From Octopus sinensis (Eukaryota): 64,000 bases of DNA. Position numbers and translations under genes: made by a program. Shown piece after piece: positions 59,904 to 64,000 of this stretch; positions within the stretch are counted from its first letter, which is position 1; each line of letters begins with the position of its first letter. The notes under the pieces were generated by a model. That model was not told the DNA's origin. It worked only from the letters and a program-made list of their open reading frames with translations, and did no database searches. Location of the stretch: the NCBI RefSeq assembly GCF_006345805.1, contig NC_043024.1, positions 15,004,001-15,068,000 on the forward strand, given 5' to 3'.

Positions 59904-60944
59904 GTGTCTTTCAAAAGCATCCTGAATTTGAACACTATATCTCGTGTTTAAGAAAAAACAAAACATTTTACATTTTATTTTTTATGAACGTCGTCACTTA
60001 CTCTCTCTCTCCCTCTCTCACTTTGTCTTACCCATGGAACTCTCTACCTCCTTCTTCCACTTTTCATTATCTTATTTTTTTTGTTAGACGCTGTCAAAAA
60101 GCTATGGCTCATATTTTTTATGGCTAAAAGCTATGGTGGAAAATGGTTGAAAATAGACTTTTACTGCTATCCGGGGGTGCCTCGGGAAAAAAAATAAGTT
60201 GACAAAACCCTGATAGGGTGTTGAAGAATGTCCTCCTAAAATTGGAACGACATGCATGCTAATTTGTGGACGTGCATAAATTACAATCATGTACACACAC
60301 ACACACACACACACACAACATGCATGCACACACATCATGCCTTTTATAGATATGATATATATATATATATACACATATTGTCATTTAACATCTGTTTTTC
60401 AATGCAGTCATTCCAGATGTGACCATCCGGCCCTGTGTTCATTGTCATTGTTTAATGTCTGTTTCCCATATATATGAATTGTGTATCAGTTATGTAAAGA
60501 GAAAAAAAAAGACCCACAGCTGTCACTTGTAATCAAGTGTGATTTTTTTTTTGTACCATGCACCATGCTTTCACCATCCTGTCTCATCCAGTCATAGTAT
60601 ACCAAGGATTACATTTTCTAATGTATTCTTTGTTATTGTTCTGGCTTTAGTTCTTCAGGTCCTCTCTGATTGCATTGGTTTTTATGATTAAAGGTTTTTC
60701 CACTAGTGACCATCCCATCTTTTATCAGACATAGTTTGCCAAGGAATACACTATTCAATGTGACATCTGTTTTTATTGTTGTTCTTGCTCTAGCTGTATA
60801 GTCTCAAGTCAGATTTGATCGAGTGTACTTATAATTAAAGACAGTCAAGCTGTGACCATCCAGTCTTTTACTGAGATTAGTGTATGTAGGACCACATTAT
60901 CTAATATGACCGTTGTTGTTGTTGTTGTCCCTGCTGCTCTGCTT

Positions 60945-61350
60945 ACTCTCTTTTTTACTCTTTTACTTGCTTCAGTCATTTGACTGTGGCCATGCTGGAG
61001 CACCACCTTTAGTCGAGCAAATCGACCCCAGGACTTATTCTTTGTAAGCCTAGTACTTATTCTATCAGTCTCTTTTGCCAAACTGCTAAGCTATGGGGAT
61101 GTAAACACACCAGCACTGGTTGTCAACGATGTTGGGGGGACAAACACAGACACACAAACACACACGCACATATATATACATATACATATATACAACAGGC
61201 TTCTTTCAGTTTCCGTCTACCAAATCCACTCACAAGGCTTTGGTCAGCCCGAGGCTATAGTAGAAAACACTTGCCTAAGGTGCCACACAGTGGGACTGAA
61301 CCTAGAACCATGTGGCTGGTAAGCAAGCTACATACCACACACCTACTCTT
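60945..61350 (-). mobile_element. SINE (major family)
   Basis: Full copy. Confidence 0.85.
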
Positions 61351-61907
61351 CCCTTTCTTTTTTTAAAGCCCTGTATTTATACTATTGGTCTCTTCTGCTG
61401 AACTGACTGCTATGCTAGGGGAACATAAACATACCGACACCGGCTGTCAAGAGGTGGCAGTGGCGGTGGTAGTAGGGGAAGCACAGACACAGCCAGACAT
61501 ACACACACATATATGATATTACAAGCGAAGATATACGTCTTCACATGGATAACTTTACAGTTCAGTCAATTAAGACATCTCTCTCTGTATCTCTCTCTCT
61601 CTCTCTCTCCCTCTTTGTGTTATTGAATGCAGAAGACTGTCACGAGATGTGTATATAATAGGAAGTGACGTGTGTTCAATTTCAATCAATGTTTCAGTAC
61701 CAAGTGTAGAACGGTCTGTTAACTCTGGGAAATAAATAACAACATTGATAAAGGGAAACAATGGAATGTCTCATTGATCGTGGAGAAGAAAGGACACAAT
61801 AAATAATAAACGATAAATATATAAACTAAAGGTGAATTAGAATATATATATATATATATTTATATATATATGTATATATGTATGTATGTATGTATGTATC
61901 TATCTAT

Positions 61908-61939
<32 letters not shown>

Positions 61940-62034
61940 CTATATATATATATATATATATATATATCTATATATATATATATATTATATATAACACACA
62001 CATTTTCACACATACATATATATTTGTATATTCA

Positions 62035-62089
<55 letters not shown>

Positions 62090-62147
62090 ATCTATCTATG
62101 TAGTCGAACTAAGTGACCCCAGGACTTATTCTTTGTAAGCCTAGTAC

Positions 62148-62453
62148 TTACAGCTGTTTCCAGGATATTTATTATGTCCCTTCATTGGAGACGGTGTAAG
62201 AAAATGGTTAAGCAATAGTTAAATGAGATAAGATATGAAATAGGGAGTGAAATGGAGGAATGAAAATTGATGTGAGATATGCAGGGATATAATGGATCTA
62301 CATATGCAATATCCCCGCATATCTCACATCTATTTTCCTTTTTTCCCTTCACTCTCTATTTCATATCTTATCTCATTTAACTATTGCTTAACCATTTTCT
62401 CACACCATCTCCAATGAAGGGATATAATAAATATCCTGGAAACAGCTGTAAGA
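62148..62453. repeat. ~300-bp fold-back with degenerate hammerhead motifs at the outer ends (Penelope-like inverted LTR)
   Basis: 62148-62289 mirrored by ~62310-62451; right end TCT CCAATGA AGGGATAT-AATAA-ATATCCTG GAAAC AGCT GTA AGA. Confidence 0.8.
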
Positions 62454-62670
62454 CCTTCTATTCATAAATGTTCTAAAATCTTCTCAGCCTTGGTTTTTTA
62501 TCGCATTCTGAAAAAAAATTTTTTGTATATACACACGCTGATATATGACCTATGTTAGACTCCTTATTTGCATAATCACCAAATCTAGAGCTTAACTATG
62601 GTCTATCCATAGCACTTACTCAGCATTATCTGACACCTTTGGGTCTTACTGACACCATTACCTCTCATAA

Positions 62671-62750
<80 letters not shown>

Positions 62751-62752
62751 TA

Positions 62753-63172
62753 TTTAAAATATAAAAGTGCATTAAATGTTTTTTATACACAGAGGAAGTA
62801 CCATTGACAGGATCCTTCACATGCTAAAAAGCCCAGTTAAAACCTAAACCACAAAAAAAGAGAATTCATGAGGGATGCCATTATAACACAAGAATGGACA
62901 AAAAATTAGTTATGGCTGATTTAGTGAAATGCTGACATGTATACTAAAAATCAATAGAAGCAACTAGTTGCAATGTAATGCCATAAAGGAAATAATGTAA
63001 TTATTACTAAGTGTCATTAAGGGTACCGAAGCACCAACATTACTAGACATTTTTTGTCCATTCTTGTGTTATAACAGCGTGCCTCATGAATTCACTTTTA
63101 TCATGTTAGGGGTCCTGTCAATGGTCCCCAATTTGTGTATAAAAACATTTTATACACTTTTATATTTTAAAA
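62753..63172. repeat. Imperfect long inverted repeat between (TA)n tracts
   Basis: TTAAAATATAAAAGTG..CCATTGACAGGA..GAATTCATGAGG..TTATAACACAAGAATGGACAAAAA mirrored at ~63050-63170. Confidence 0.7.
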
Positions 63173-63252
63173 ATATGTTGTGTCTTATGACTTATCTATA
63201 ACTTATTTTAATTTATTACCCTCATATTTATGATAGTATATATATATATATA

Positions 63253-63656
63253 CTAGCAGTATCGCCCGGCGTTGCTCGGGTTTGTAAGGGAAATAACTAT
63301 ATAAGCATTTTTAGAGAGTTACTTCCCTTATATAATAGCAAAAAAAAGGCATTAAAAATGGGAAAAAATGATGGTAAATTTTTTTTTAATCGTAGACTCA
63401 TCGTAGACATTTTTAGAGAGTTACTTCCCTTATATAATAGCAAAAAAATGCATTAAAAATGGAAAAAAATTATGGTAAATTTTTTTTAAAATCATAGACT
63501 CATCGTAGACGTGTGCTACTACCCAGAAGGGCTCGACATGAATCACGACTGTAAGATACCCGCTTTTGCTTAAACTGCACCGCAAAATGTGGGAGTAGTT
63601 AGGAATCTAAATCGTAGGTGACAGAACTCACACAACTTCACTTTTATATATAAAGA
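63253..63656 (-). mobile_element. Non-autonomous Helitron with internal ~102-bp duplication
   Basis: Reverse copy of the 11832/46694 family: CTAG end at 63253, TC start at 63656; CATTTTTAGAGAGTTACTTCCC block present twice. Confidence 0.85.
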
Positions 63657-64000
63657 TATATATATATTTCCATGCTTACATGGGCTGGACAAATCTCCCC
63701 TCACACACACACACCTTTCCACCACTCAATAGAATCTTAAAGGGGTCCCTCCTCACAATCCAATGTCACAATTTTCATTTCATTTAATATAATCTTTCGT
63801 GTTATTACTTTTACTTAAATTTTCTTTTCCAATAAAGCTTTAATCTAGAAAAGGTACAGCATGGCTAGGTACAGGCATGGCTGTGTGGTAAGAAGTTTGC
63901 ATCCCAATTACATGGTTCTGGGTTCAGTTCCACTGCGTGGCACCTTGGGCAAGTGAGTTTTTTACTATAGCCTTGAGCTGACTGAAGCTTTTTGAGTGGA

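Noticed and set aside
60085-60290. Candidate next DNAJC28 exon after the polypyrimidine acceptor ttttttttgttag
   Set aside because: Does not encode the expected G.G.GTP.QR continuation; the remaining exons probably lie beyond the window.

Overview
AT-rich, repeat-dense, intron-rich animal DNA. The SINE/LINE families, (CA)n/(TA)n/(TAA)n microsatellites and single-exon tandem C2H2 gene suggest an octopus (inference). Three host genes are supported. (1) A 14-finger C2H2 zinc-finger ORF on the minus strand, 3812-5146. (2) A three-coding-exon plus-strand gene missed by the ORF track (14401-14655, 21561-21840, 22495-22871; 303 aa): signal peptide + putative lysozyme/SLT-like domain with Gln where relatives have Glu + chitin-binding type-2-like domain + hydrophobic, GPI-like tail. 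(3) The first three coding exons of DNAJC28 (43303-43455, 48118-48330, 51135-51245). The rest is transposon-derived: tRNA-derived SINEs, RTE/CR1/Dong(R4) LINE ends, a full-length decayed DD34E Tc1, mariner, maT-like, pogo, Merlin and piggyBac remnants, and three non-autonomous Helitrons. The most striking non-coding signal is a set of minimal type-I hammerhead ribozyme motifs (24159-24219, 25078-25135, 39628-39690, plus degenerate copies). The first two show compensatory changes in all three stems. The motifs sit in Penelope-like/retrozyme-like repeats, some forming long fold-back palindromes near (TA)n tracts. All calls were made by eye without database searches.
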